DNA of 64,000 nt from Atractiella rhizophila (Eukaryota), in the NCBI GenBank assembly GCA_021432655.1, contig MU271444.1, forward strand, positions 1 to 64,000, in the 5' to 3' direction. Positions 1 through 12,139 of this stretch are shown piece by piece (position 1 is the first letter of the stretch; the number at the start of each line of letters is the position of its first letter). Below the pieces are notes generated by a model. That model was not told the DNA's origin. It did no database searches and worked only from the letters and a program-made list of their open reading frames with translations. The position numbers and the translations under genes were made by a program.

Positions 1-1822
1 CTCCATAGATCAAGACTCCATTTTCGTCTCGACGGTGGCAGAAAGAGTCCCCTGGTGCCCACTTATTCGTATGCCCCTGATATTATGGTGATATGAGGGA
101 TTCCTTTATGGATCTGAGCGATGTAGCGAATCAGAGGTGTGGGGCGTGGTATGTTGACCCCTCGCATCCGCAAGTAAGTTTTCGCCTGCTCTTTTCTCTC
201 TCAACGGATCATCAAGAGCAATTCTGACATGTGTTAAGTTTTGCGACGTAAAAGCGTACTTCAAAAGTACAGACGGACACACAGGACAGGAATGCACTTT
301 CCTTTGGTCGTGCGGATGAAATATCTCACAAGAGCTAGTGTAGTGGGATTTCAACCCGCGTCGTGCCAATCTTCACCTCCTCAACTCCATCTCGTCGCAT
401 GGGGGGTATGTCCATCTCATCACTTGCGCTCCGATACCATAATGTTACTTTCTTCCAGGATGATATTAGTCGACTCGACTCGTCGAGGCAAAGTAAAGCA
501 GCCCCTCCCTTTTGTGCCGTTTAATGGTAACGAACTTATGAGCAGCGCTTCCCAGATGCTCTGCTAAAGACTGTGCCCCTGTGGTGTGCTGTCATCAACT
601 GTACTATGGAACGACTGAAGGTAGTGAAATACAACACCGACTATCGTACATTCTTCCCTCTCATCCCTCCTAGCGAGGCCGAGCAGATTTGCCGACTTTT
701 GCCCGTCTGGACAGAGAGATTGCTGGTTCGTTTCTTTCTGTCGAGGAGAAAATGGTCCCTCATTGATCGAGCTTCTTGTGAGTGTGACAGACTTCTTCGT
801 ATCCACTTGACAATTTAGTGAACCCCCTCACCAAACCTCTTAAACCCATCTTTGTGTCCCCCCCATCCGCTCTACCCAATGCAGAACAGGATACGTACAA
901 CGATTGCTATCCCATCTTTTGCACGAGTGCCAGTCGCTTCGTGCATGCTGGGGAAGGTGGACTAGTCGGCGATAGAGAAGGAGGATGGAGCTATGTGCAG
1001 GGCAGTGGGGACGATCATGAAGCCTGGGCAGATGTGAGCCTCATTGTCTGTTTGCCTTCTGCAAACTTTGCTGTTGAAGTGGTGACTTAAATCGAGTATA
1101 GGGTTTGACAGCGAAATTGTGGTGGGAACACAAAGATCTTCTTCTCCAGACAGACAGAGAGGACTTGCAGCATGTCATTCGTGGTCTTGTCCTAGAAGAC
1201 AGCAGAATGGTGGAAAAGGCGAAACGTTTCGATGTAGAGCAGACGAAAATTTCTATCCTCCTTGGAGGCTCACCGTCACCGTCGAAGCGTCCCGACGAGA
1301 GACCATCCGTCTTCATTGGACCCAAGGTGGTGAACGCAACAGAGTTTGGTGATGCCGCGATACAAGTCCTACTGCCTTCGAGTTTCAATGAACGCATGAA
1401 GAACTTTTTTGATGCCTTCCTTCCTCAAATATTGGATTTTTTCACGTCCAATCATGATCGGGGTCTCAACATCGTTGTTTTGCAGGACGAGTTTCTGGAT
1501 TTCGCGATTGCTGCTGCTCTTGCTCTCCTCGGTATTGTATATTTCTTTTATATAGGTATCGCTGACTTTCTCTCCGTCACAGTCAGATTCTACGACGATA
1601 AGCGCCAGTTCTCAGTGCCAGACGACAGCCATAGAATCAGTGAGTGAATGTCTATTGATGCCCTCAACCCGCTAAGTTTAAGGTATAGTGGACAAGACAG
1701 TGATTCGAAGTCGGCTACAATGGCTCATATCCTCCTCCGAAGGCCAACTCAATCCATGTCGTGCCGTCCTGAACAAAACGAATGTCTATTTCATGTCTAA
1801 ACCTAGGATGAATCACCATTAA
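1..1822 (+). CDS. RIT1: Initiator tRNA phosphoribosyl transferase (5'-partial, multi-exon)
   Basis: Spliced exons give PNQRCGAWY, FKSTDGH, LVDSTRRGK, VPLWCAVIN and YVQGSGDDHEAW, all Rit1-family motifs. Stop TAA at 1820-1822; the start lies before the window. Confidence 0.9.
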
Positions 1823-1886
1823 TCCCTGCGCACATCAAAACGCTGGAGACGATATATACGAAGGTCCATCTACAAATCGTCCATTT

Positions 1887-3339
1887 TTAATCTCGTTCCA
1901 AGCCAAGAACAATGATCCCAATCACAACAGCGCCACTTGTCAAACCCCAGGCGGCCCAAATCAAACTGAAAGCATTCCCGACCTCCGCCAAATTCAGTAC
2001 ACCCTTCTTATCGATATGAGCGTTGAAGCTTTGTTCAGCATCCCCAAGCTGCAAGCGGAAGATGACTGTCGTTATGATGCCCACGAGAAGAGCAGAAGCA
2101 GAGGTCAACACGGCGGTTTTCGCGAACAGACGATGTTTTGCTTCGAGGGCAGACATCTTTGCGGTGTGTATGGGGAGGGCGGCTAGTAAGAAGAGCACGA
2201 AAGAGCTGAAGAGCAGGATGATACAGAAGAGCAACAGCAAGGGGATTAGAGGAAATGAAATTGGAAGTCCCAGCGTCTCCCTAACGGCCGGGAATTCCAG
2301 TCCGAAATCGAGATAGGAGTTCAGGAAGTAAGGAACCAAGGAGCTGGACGAGCAGTTCGTCGTTGACTGGATACGGACGCAGGAGCCTAGTGTCCCCAAG
2401 AGCAGTTGATCACTGTCGTCCTCTTTTGTGGAACTTTCAGTTTGCCGCCGTCGCAGAGCCATGCTCATCAGTCGTCCTGGGATGGGTCGCTCTTCGAGCT
2501 CCACATTCAGAGAAGATCCCACGATGTTACTTGATGCTTTTGTGGTAGCGATGCTATTCGAATGGGAAATCTTGAGGAACGCCAAAGATTCGTCAAAAAT
2601 AGCGGTCGGCGCGAGAAAGACGAGGAGGACGAGGATGAAGGATGCAAAAGAGAGGAGAGAAGGGAAAGTGTGATACAGGTGCTTCTTCAGCCTGTTGATG
2701 GCCACAATTAGTCCATGGCCAGAGAGGAAGGAAAGGAACTTGCATCACTGATGATAATCCTTTCTTTCCGTCTGATGCCATGAATGTTTTTTCAATTGCC
2801 TGCTCTGTTGCGTTGAAGACGGGGGAGTTTTCTTGGACTAAGGATTTTTCCGGTTGCGTCCCTGGTTGAACCTCAGAGGATAGTGTTGGCGTTGGTGAAA
2901 TGAGGGTTGTAATTTCCTGTGAAGATGGGGAAGCGGGAGGTTGTAGAAATGTCGCTCCTGGCGTCGAGGCAGAATCGTGGTTTTCCACGACTAATCTTTT
3001 CTCCTTAGGCTCCTCTTCCAAAGCTAAGGCTGCGAAAGAGCAAAAGCTATCGTTGTCCTCCGAATCTACCGTAAACGCTGATGCAGTTCCGTCGTTTTCT
3101 AAAAATTCACTCGAAGGGTTGAGCGCTGAATAAAGGGAAATGCCTTTTGGAAAAGCGGCGGTGATTCGTTTATCAAAATCTTCTTCTTGTGGGCGATAAT
3201 AATAGTGGAACAACGGGTCCTCTACAGCTCTGACTTCTTTGGCTGACAACGGAAACGAATAACGACGATGCTGTGATTTTGCGAGGATGGGTAGCTGCCG
3301 AAAGGACGAGACAAAAGAAGTGGACTTCGAGGAATCCAC
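1887..3339 (-). CDS. SUR7/PalI-like four-TM membrane protein with a possible long acidic N-terminal extension
   Basis: Four hydrophobic segments plus a G-x-x-G-x-C-x8-C loop motif (LGTLGSCVRIQSTTNC). A GC-AG intron at 2692-2743 joins ORF 2593..3339 in frame to ORF 1887..2705. Start is either GTG 3339 or ATG 2781. Confidence 0.65.
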
Positions 3340-4226
3340 GTTGAAAACCTGATCAAAGGTGGTGTCGAAAGATTAAAGTGAAAGTGAGGAACAAGGCACG
3401 GTGCCATATCCATTCCATGGCTATCTTTTATAAGCGAAAATTGGGGTTCACATACGGCGAGCAAACCCGAGTAGTTCGAAGTAAACAAGGGTGAAAATCA
3501 CCCGCGCGTCTTAGTTAATTTTGCAACAAGGGCAAAGGACCTTCAGCTTTGACTTTGACTTTGGCAACAAGGGGAAGGTTTACTGCGGAATGCGGAGGTC
3601 AGTGCGTTTGTCGTACTTTGTTAAGCTGCTCCTAATGCATTTTGGTCCTCTCAGTCGTTGGAAGATCCTTTCACGCGTCGCTCTCTTTATTCAGTGAGGT
3701 TGTGTCCGAAAGCATTCGTCCAATGCACATGATGGAACAGAGGGTGTATGATTACGCCCAGAGCGCGCTCACAGCATCCTGCCCTCTCTACCCTTCATAC
3801 GATCTGATCATGGTGTTGGATCATAGTTTCGTCACCAACTGTCGCTCCACCTCCGTAGGGTCTGATACTGACCCCGACGGAACGGTCTTCGGAGCGATGG
3901 TGAGCTTTCGCAGATTGAGTGTATCCTACGACTGGACGACTCCACCTTCATCTTTCACAAACGTGGAAGCCTAAAATCTTTCCTTCCGTCATCAGCTCCA
4001 CCGGCTGCCACAGGTGCCGTCGTCAACAATGTCATTGACTAATTAGAGCAAATTTCACTAAGTGGAGGTTGAATTGAAGGCTGGCTAAGTGGAGGGAGGA
4101 TCGAGGAGTAGGGGACAAAATTAGATGTCTGCTAATGGAGGTAGAATTTGTCGATAAAAGCAGGTTCACGATGCTCTCGACCTACCCAAGCCTTGTCGAT
4201 AAGATCCAGAAAGTCTAGCATCCATC

Positions 4227-5760
4227 ATGTCCACTGAACAAATACCTAAGCAATTCTCCGGTTACGCTGCCCTTTCTGAAGAGGAGGGAAAGAAATTGGA
4301 TGTGGAACCTTACTCTTTCACGCCGAAGACTTGGAGCGAGGACGACGTTACCCTAAAAATTGTAAGCTAGCTCCTCCAGGTTGAATTCTATCACATCTAA
4401 CATACTTGATAGACTCACTGCGGGTGCGTTCCAACTTTTCATCATCTGCAGTTGAAGTGGCTTAGCTAAATTTCGCTGGAAAGAATCTGCGGTTCCTGCA
4501 TTCACACGCTTACAAACGGCTGGCCATTTCCAACGTAAGCTTCCTATCCCTTCGTTGTTCAAAGTCATTCATTTTGCTTGTTTACCAGCAAATACCCCGC
4601 GATTTGTGGTCACGAAGTCGTTGGAATCGTTGTTGAAGCTGGTTCAAACACGCGCCACAAAGTTGGTGATCGAGTTGGAGTAGGAGCCCAATCCATCAGC
4701 TGTGGCGAATGTAGGGAGTGCAAGGCGGGAAAGGAGCCATACTGCCTTAAAATGGGTACGCTTTCTTTTCACATCCACTCACATGAAGTTGGATGTGCTT
4801 GTTGATGTATACAAACAGGCGGAACGTATCAAGGAATTTTCGAAGATGGAACCATGGCTCAGGGAGGCTATTCGAACTATATGCGAACCAAAGGCGCTTT
4901 CGCAGTCCCGATTCCGAGCGTATTGAAGAGTGAAGTAGCCGCTCCACTGCTCTGTGCGGGGATCACGACCTATTCGCCTCTGAAGCGTTTTGGAGCGAGC
5001 CCGGGTAAGAAAGTCGGGGTACTTGGTATCGGTCCGTTTCAGCTTACAGTTCCCTGGGACGATACTTATGTGTTATATTCAAGGCGGTTTGGGCCATCTA
5101 GGGCTTATGTTCTCGAAGGCGCTGGGAGCAGATACTTACGCCTTGTCCTCGTCTAATGGAAAGTTGGATGATGTGGTCAAGATGGGCATTCCTAAGGTTC
5201 GTAATCCCACTCCTCATAAATGAGATGGAAAATTGACGACAACCTTCATAGGAGAACTACATCTCCTATTCCAATCCACAAGAAGTCATTGGCGCACATC
5301 GCGGCTCCTTCGATTTGATCATCTCGACCTCATCAGGAAAAGGAATGCCTCTCGAATCCCTCTTCTTTGAACTCCTTGCCCCAGAAGGCGTCTTCTGCCT
5401 CCTCGGCATGCCCGAGGAAAAATTCCCTGCCATGTTTGGGCAAGCTTTTGCTATGAAGGGTACCTTATTGTCTCTCTGCTCATCGCGAAAAGCTCCTCAC
5501 CCTTTAACCTAGGGATCCAATTGGCGGGAAGCATGATCGGCGGACCTCGCCAAATCGAGTGAGTCTTTTCTGGCTTCGACTGGAGAGAACTTGCTGATCG
5601 ATTGGATGACAATAGGGAGATGCTCAATTTCGCTGCTGATAACGGCGTTAAACCTTGGGTGGAGGTCAAACCCATGCACCAAGCTTCACAAGCTTTGAAA
5701 GAAGTGCACGCGGGCAGACCTAGGTATCGCTATGTTTTGGCGAACCCTGATTTCTCCTAA
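4227..5760 (+). CDS. Zn-dependent NADP(H) alcohol dehydrogenase, cinnamyl-ADH/Adh6-like
   Basis: GHEVVG, GDRVGVG, structural-Zn CGECRECKAGKEPYC, APLLCAGITTYSPL, GIGGLGHLG and C-terminal RPRYRYVL. Many introns, including an 11-nt microexon at 4413-4423. Confidence 0.92.
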
Positions 5761-6522
5761 AGCTGAAGCAAGAAGGCGTAAGAATCCAGCGTGAATGAAG
5801 TGACATCTTTTCCAAAAGAAATCGAGTGAAATTGATATCGTCAACGTTTGATAATTGCCAGTGGCAGCTTAAGTTTTGCAGAGTAACGTCTTTTTCGGCA
5901 AAAATTGACATATTTCGCAACAGCTCACTACATACCAGCGACCCTTCAGTTGACCCCGTCATGAAATAATGAGTGCCTCAGTTGTTTCTCACATTCAACG
6001 CAGTCAAATTTGAGTTTGGATAGCAAACAGCTCAAATTATCGAGAACGGTAACTATTACTTTGATGGACTCAGAGAGTAACAAAGTGGAGACGACATGTT
6101 GCAAAAGAGGAAGGAAATGAAACAATGCCAATGCGTTGCAAGATGCTGTGTAGCTATGCAAAGTATCAATTAATTAGGGGGAGGAGAAACAGCAAGAACC
6201 CAACAGACTGAACCGAAGCGAATACTCAGTCCAAAAGGGAGAATTGACAGCCGCAGGCTGTGCAGTGATAACGATGAGGAGAGAGGGGATAAAGAGCTGA
6301 AAAATTGTCCGGTTTCATAAAGAAGCAAGCAAAAGTATCAACGAGACATTTGTATCAATAAAAGACCACGAAACTGCGATGCGACTGCGTTCGATAATTG
6401 AGATAGAGTCGAACACGAACAAAACGAGATCAAGAAAAACAAGGCGATTTTGTGAGTTGGATCGTATATATGTAGCGTTCTATCTGTGAAAAACACTGTC
6501 CATCTGATATAACGATAGGTCT

Positions 6523-7263
6523 TCAATATCCAGCGGCGCTGGTATGTTCACTGGGCCTGGGATTGTTGGACTCGAGTTCAACCTCCGTATCCGTCGTGGC
6601 ATCCTCGTCGCTGTCGTCATAAGGAAGCACGCTACGGAGCAGTGTGAGGTGTTCGTTGTGCGCGAACGGTCCTTTCAAGTGTCTCTGCCACTGGCAGACC
6701 CTCTTGTATGCTTTCTCCATAAGGGTAGACTCATCGTCTGAAGCATCGGATTCTTCCCGTCCTCTCTTCTTCCCAGCTTCAAGTCGAATATTTTCATTGG
6801 TATTGTTCTTGGTGGGGGAAACACTAGAAAAGAGATCTAGACCTCCGCTCGCGTTGGGAGTGGAGAAAGGAGAGAGAAGCGACGTAGAAAGGCAGAACTT
6901 GGGGACATCGAAAGTCATTCCGCTGGCAGTATGAGGCACTTTTGGCGTGCTGTCGACGGTGGGGAACTCGAGACGGCCTTACGCCACGAAACCATCACTT
7001 TCTCTCCAAAAAAAGAGAGATGAGAGACCAGACTCACGATGTGCGCTTCTCCTTCCTTCGCAGTACTTTCTGCTATATTCGCTCGTCTTGTTCGATCCGG
7101 CACTATTCTGCAGGTTTCTTCTGGCCTTCTGCGATGTCGTTGGGGTCAATCCAAGGGAGAGTGGTTGGTCGAGCGCCGAGTCTTTGAGGTGAAACTGTTT
7201 CGGCTCCTCAGTGGGAGGGGGAGTGAAGAACGTTAGGGAGGAGGACAATAGTGTGATCGACAT
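6523..7263 (-). CDS. Hypothetical S/T-P-rich disordered protein, 2 exons
   Basis: ATG at 7263. A GTGAGT...TAAG intron (about 6979-7038) joins the first ORF in frame to ORF 6523..6939, giving ...SAHRRLEFPTVDSTPKVPH... Confidence 0.6.
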
Positions 7264-7449
7264 GTTGAGAAACAGGTATTGTCCGAGTATATTTAATCAA
7301 GCGTATGATAGAGCGCTGGAGTACTGGGCAGACCGGATGATAGAGTGGGTGGGCGCTGGGTGGATGCCGGTTTAGAAAAAGGGGCAAGTTGTGTCATCAC
7401 GTGATGTTTATCTTATTTATTTTTATCCAGACACATCGCGTCGCTTTCA

Positions 7450-7704
7450 ACGCGTTCTATCAAAAAAATACTTTCATGCATTCACGTTTATGTTTCGCAC
7501 GATTGCCAGCTGCAAACCCTCCGTTCAGCGATGTTCAGTTCATTTACTAAGTACGCGTCGCGACGCGTGAATTCTGACTCTCACTCCTCTCATTCAGGTT
7601 GAATTCACGAGTTAAATATTCCACGCCTCGTGATCAAATGAGTCGCAGTTTTTCGGTCTATCATAAACATCAGTTTGGCTTTACAAAGTAGAACCCTAAC
7701 GCGT
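7450..7704. promoter_or_regulatory. Cluster of four MluI/MCB (ACGCGT) sites including a perfect 16-bp palindrome
   Basis: ACGCGT at 7450, 7553, 7563 and 7699; ACGCGTCGCGACGCGT at 7553-7568. Lies in the divergent intergenic region between the orphan gene and the nitrilase gene. Confidence 0.55.
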
Positions 7705-7851
7705 CAATAAATAAATATTTGAGACAGAGAGGGAAATGCGTTAGCAAACTCTGACAACCGTTGCACCCTCTACAATTTACTGTAGGGAACACAGCGCCAG
7801 GGGTTTGGCTGGAACGAGCAGATACTGGGAGATCAGGAGAGATCACCGACC

Positions 7852-9182
7852 ATGAGTGTCACTGCAGCTATCACCCAGATCACGTCGCGTTCTTCCATCG
7901 CGTCGAACCTCCTGATGTGTCGCAGAGTGGTTCAACGGGCAGCAGAAGAGGGTGCCAAAGTTCTCTCCTCTCATCTTTATCTTCATATTCATCTAATTGA
8001 TACGACGAAACATAGGTCGTCTTCCTCCCAGAAGCGTCGGACTTCATCCTCTCTACTGGGCACACCGATCCTTCCCTCTCTTCTGCTGGGCTCTCGAAGC
8101 CGCTGAATGACAGCAACGAGTTTCTGGAGGGTATGAAGGAGCAAGCGAGAGAGTCCGGCGTGTGGATTAGCGTGGGGCTGCATGAGTCTGTTCGTGCAAT
8201 TGCTTCACATCACTTTGAGTGTAATCAGCGTTGGCCAATGTAGGCAGAAGACCAAAGGCGATGTTATAACACCTCAGTCTTAATTAACAACGAAGGCCAA
8301 GTGCGTATCCTCTCCTCACACTTTTGCATAAAGACAGAACTGATCGAACTGATATATTCAGGTGCTTCAATCTTACCGCAAGCTTCACTTGTTCGACGTA
8401 GACGTTAAGCCGGATGGTCCTACGATTCTCGAGTCAAAGTCAACGGTTCAAGGAAAAGAGATCTTACCACCCGTCGAGACTCCACTAGGCAAGCTAGGGA
8501 GCTTAATTTGCTATGATTTGAGGTAAGACTTTTCTACTAAGACTTCGTTGCAGCTTGTTTGATCAAAGTTTCTGGGATGGACAGGTTTCCTGAGCCTAGT
8601 TTACGCTTGAGGAGGATGGGGGCTCAAGTAATAAGTTATCCCGTATGCTCGCTTCCCTTGTCTTTGACAATTCACCTTGACATACGATCGGAGTAGTCAG
8701 CATTCACGATGAAAACCGGTGCTGCTCATTGGGGTACACTGTTCCTCCCCTTGCTCTGTAACAGTAACAATAACAAATCTCATCATTGCGTCTAGAAACT
8801 TTGCTAAAGACGAGAGCGATCGAGACTCAATCCTACATATTCGCCTCTGCACAAGTTCGTATTCTCATACCTTCATTTACCTTCTTCCCGTGATGATCTA
8901 ACACAGGTTGGCTATCATCTTCCCTTAACACAATCCTCCTCTCTTTCTCTCAAGTCTCTTCCAAACCCACCTCCTCGAGTGTCCTACGGCAGGGCACTCG
9001 CCATAGATCCATGGGGAGATATCATCGCCCGTCTTCCCCCTTTTAGCGATGACTATGATCCCGAAGACCTGGAAGATGGCCTTTTTGCACTTTGTCATGT
9101 GAATTTGGAGTATTTGGAGAAGTGCAGGCGTGAAATGCCGCTTTGGGAGCAGAGGAGAGCGGATGTATATCCTGAGATGTAA
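7852..9182 (+). CDS. NIT2: Carbon-nitrogen hydrolase, deaminated-glutathione amidase (yeast Nit2/human NIT1-like)
   Basis: VFLPEASDF (catalytic E), YRKLHLFDVD (K), ICYDLRFPE (C), SAFTMKTGAAHW, RAIETQSY and SYGRALAIDPWG across about 8 introns. Confidence 0.88.
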
Positions 9183-9537
9183 TGATTGATTCTGATGTAC
9201 TTTAATGAAGAGGCAAAATCTGTTAAGGATACGGGTCATTCACGCGCATTAACACACAGATTCCTAATTGTTGTTTTCTTGGAGGACATGCTGATACAGC
9301 CTCGTCCGCATGGATTGATTAGTTTTACCAGCAGTTCTCTCTCAAAATGACCGTCTCCCATCGACACCCTCTCAATTCAAGAAGTTCTTGCTGACCTTCC
9401 TGCATATTAGTTCTCGCAACGGTAAAGCCGTAGTTACCCCAACACTTCGCAACGCCGCTCGCCGATCCACGTCCTGCTGCTTCCAAGCGCGGGCGACGAA
9501 AACGCCAGGGAGGCTTGCATACCCTTAGCAGCTAACG

Positions 9538-11764
9538 ATGGCCCTGCGCCACCCTAGTGACCGCTTCCGGCACGCGCTCATCTCGCCCACTTCCACAATC
9601 CCCCACTTGAACCGTCTGGCGGAGAAGCTGGAGAATGGAATCGAGAATCCGGATTTTGAACGAAAGACGAGTTTGGCACTGGCTGTCGAGCATGGACGGT
9701 TAGATGTTGCAAGGTGGTTGTTGGAGATTGGACATGAGGATAGGGAGATTAGTAGGGTATGTCGATCATTTCAATTGCAGGCAGAAGGAAGGTGCTTCTG
9801 TGTTCGACATATGCCTGTCAATCGTCTTTTTCGCTGCTTTTGTGGCGTACGTGCTCGACAGATGATACTCTGATGCCATTACTCTGTCTGCTGTAGCTAA
9901 CGCCTACATACTGGTGATGCGTCGACTTTTCACATGCTATGCCAAGCTTCCTGCCTAGGTTGTATGAGCGAATTTTAGCTCAAGAACAGGTTGAATGTGC
10001 ATCAGAGTCTGTGGACTTAACATGCTGACGTTGAATATGCTACACAGGACTTCGAGAACAACACCATCCTGCACATTGCGGCCGCGCACGATCAACTGGA
10101 TATCATCGAGCTCTACGTATCCTTCTTCCCGTCCGTGACCTCTGTCGCTTCGCATTTTTCCATCTCTAATGCACAAGTAGATATGTGCTCGACTGGTCCA
10201 ACTCCCGTGGCTTTACCCCTCTGCACGTTGCTTGTCAGAAGGGAAAGACGGAATGTGCCGCCATCTTGTTGGATTTAGGTGCGGACATTGACCTGCCAGA
10301 TTCGAAGGGGAACACCCCACTGCATCAGTAAGGTTTTGTCTCAGCATACGGAGAATGAGGAACTAATTGGAGGATTGTTGGACAGTGCGAGCATGTGGGG
10401 ACATTTACCCGTGAGTTTATTTAAGGCGAAAGGAGAATGGGCTAATGGAGCATTCTCACAGATTGTGAAACTTTTGATTGAGCGTGGATGCTCCTTCGCT
10501 TCTAAAAACAATGATCATTTCACTGCTTCAGAATACGCATATTCGTTCGTCTTTTCAGCCTCTTATAAGATAAGTTAACTAACGAAACTTCTGACCATGG
10601 GATAGGTTTGAGGTCATGAACAAGCTACAAGAATACGGAAGGGCATACTTTGAATCCTCGAAACGTCAGCGAAAGCAGAAGCATCGAGATCGGGAGCGAG
10701 AAAAAAGTGACCGTCCAGCCGGGAGCAGCCGTTCGCACAGACTGGGAAATTCGGCATCGTCCAACACGCTTAACAGTGGGTTCGTGAACGGGGCAGAGGA
10801 CGATAGCGCCTCCATCGTCACTACACGGGAGGTATTCAAAGGGCGCTTGAGGAAGGAGAGTGGGTCCACGGTCGACAATACCATCGGCAGCGGCATTGGA
10901 AGCTCTGTAATGAGCTCTGGACTGTCCGGCAGATCTGGTTCGTTATCTATCAATGGTACTTCCCCGCCGGTAGCGAGCGCCAATCTCCCCTCTTCTGCCT
11001 CGATCGCCGGCTCCCTTGCTGCTTCATCGACGGTGGTCGCATCTCCAATGCCCCGTCCAGCTCCACTGCTGACCGCCATATCGACTCTCAACGGTCCCAT
11101 ACCGGCGCCATCCCTTTCCCCCGCTTCGATAAGTAGTGTTCGAAAAACGTTGAATCGAGATCAACAAGCCATGGCGGTCTTCAAAGCGGACGTGGGAAGA
11201 TCAAATAGCGTCACTCCCCTCCGCTCGAACTCGGCTCTAGACGATGGATACTTAGAAGACGATGTACTCGGTACTCCCACGGCTGCCTCTCCTCCAGTCG
11301 CCCCGCTCGTCGGAAGCCTTCGCTCAAAACTCCCACTACGCTCCAGATCCGTTTCCAACTCCACTGTTTCCAGTGGAGAGACACCATCCATTTCAAGTGC
11401 CAAGGCGTCAGCAGCTGCCAGTCTGAGAAAGGTCAAAGCCAACGTTCTCGAAGGGATACATCGACACACACGCTCTTCATCAGGTTCATCGACCAAACCG
11501 CCACCTCCGTTATCAGGCAAGACTCTGTCACACTCGACCTCTCTCCAATCCCTCACCCCTTCCACGCCGAATGGGAAAATCAACGCAGCCGTCGCTCCTC
11601 TCAACGTACTAGGGAGAAATATGGCTCCTCCAAAGCCGCCGCCAGAGAGCGAGAAGCCGAAGGGAAGGAGCAGGGCAGACAGTCAGGATGAGCTGGGGAA
11701 AAGGTTAGGCGTCGTACCGAAAGAGGATAGTGGCTTTGCGCCGAGACCGCCAGCGAAGGATTGA
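9538..11764 (+). CDS. AVO2: Ankyrin-repeat protein with long Ser/Pro-rich tail, TORC2 subunit Avo2-like
   Basis: N-terminal ankyrin repeats (TSLALAVEHG, NTILHIAA, LTPLHVACQKG, GNTPLH..ASMWGH, NDHFTASEYAYS) followed by a low-complexity C-terminus. Confidence 0.65.
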
Positions 11765-12139
11765 TTAGGGAGATTTTGGATTTCAGTACTTTTGTTGTTG
11801 TGTTGTATACGGTGTTGATCTGGATCAGACGCAGTTTGTCATCTTATCATTCGCATTCGGACAGCTGCTACCAGGAATATTATTTGATGCTTTATCTCAT
11901 GTTAGAGCGCTAGCATGATCAATCATCGCTGGAAATGTATAGCTTTGCCTATGGCTGGTGCTCAACTCCAGGTAAGGATGCACTCTGGGTAATAGACGGC
12001 TAACCGATGTCACGTGATTCAACATTATTCGTGTTGACTCCACGCAACGATCACCTACTTCTCTGTTGCTTTTCTGTGCCGGATCGCTGAGGATCTTTGC
12101 GAACCTCTTTCAGCAGAGACCTAAAATACTGGGAGGAGT

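Noticed and set aside
10666..11604. Long antisense ORFs opposite AVO2, and similar ones opposite ARG7, the RRM gene and the antiporter
   Set aside because: These are typical shadows of real coding sequence and carry no independent motifs.
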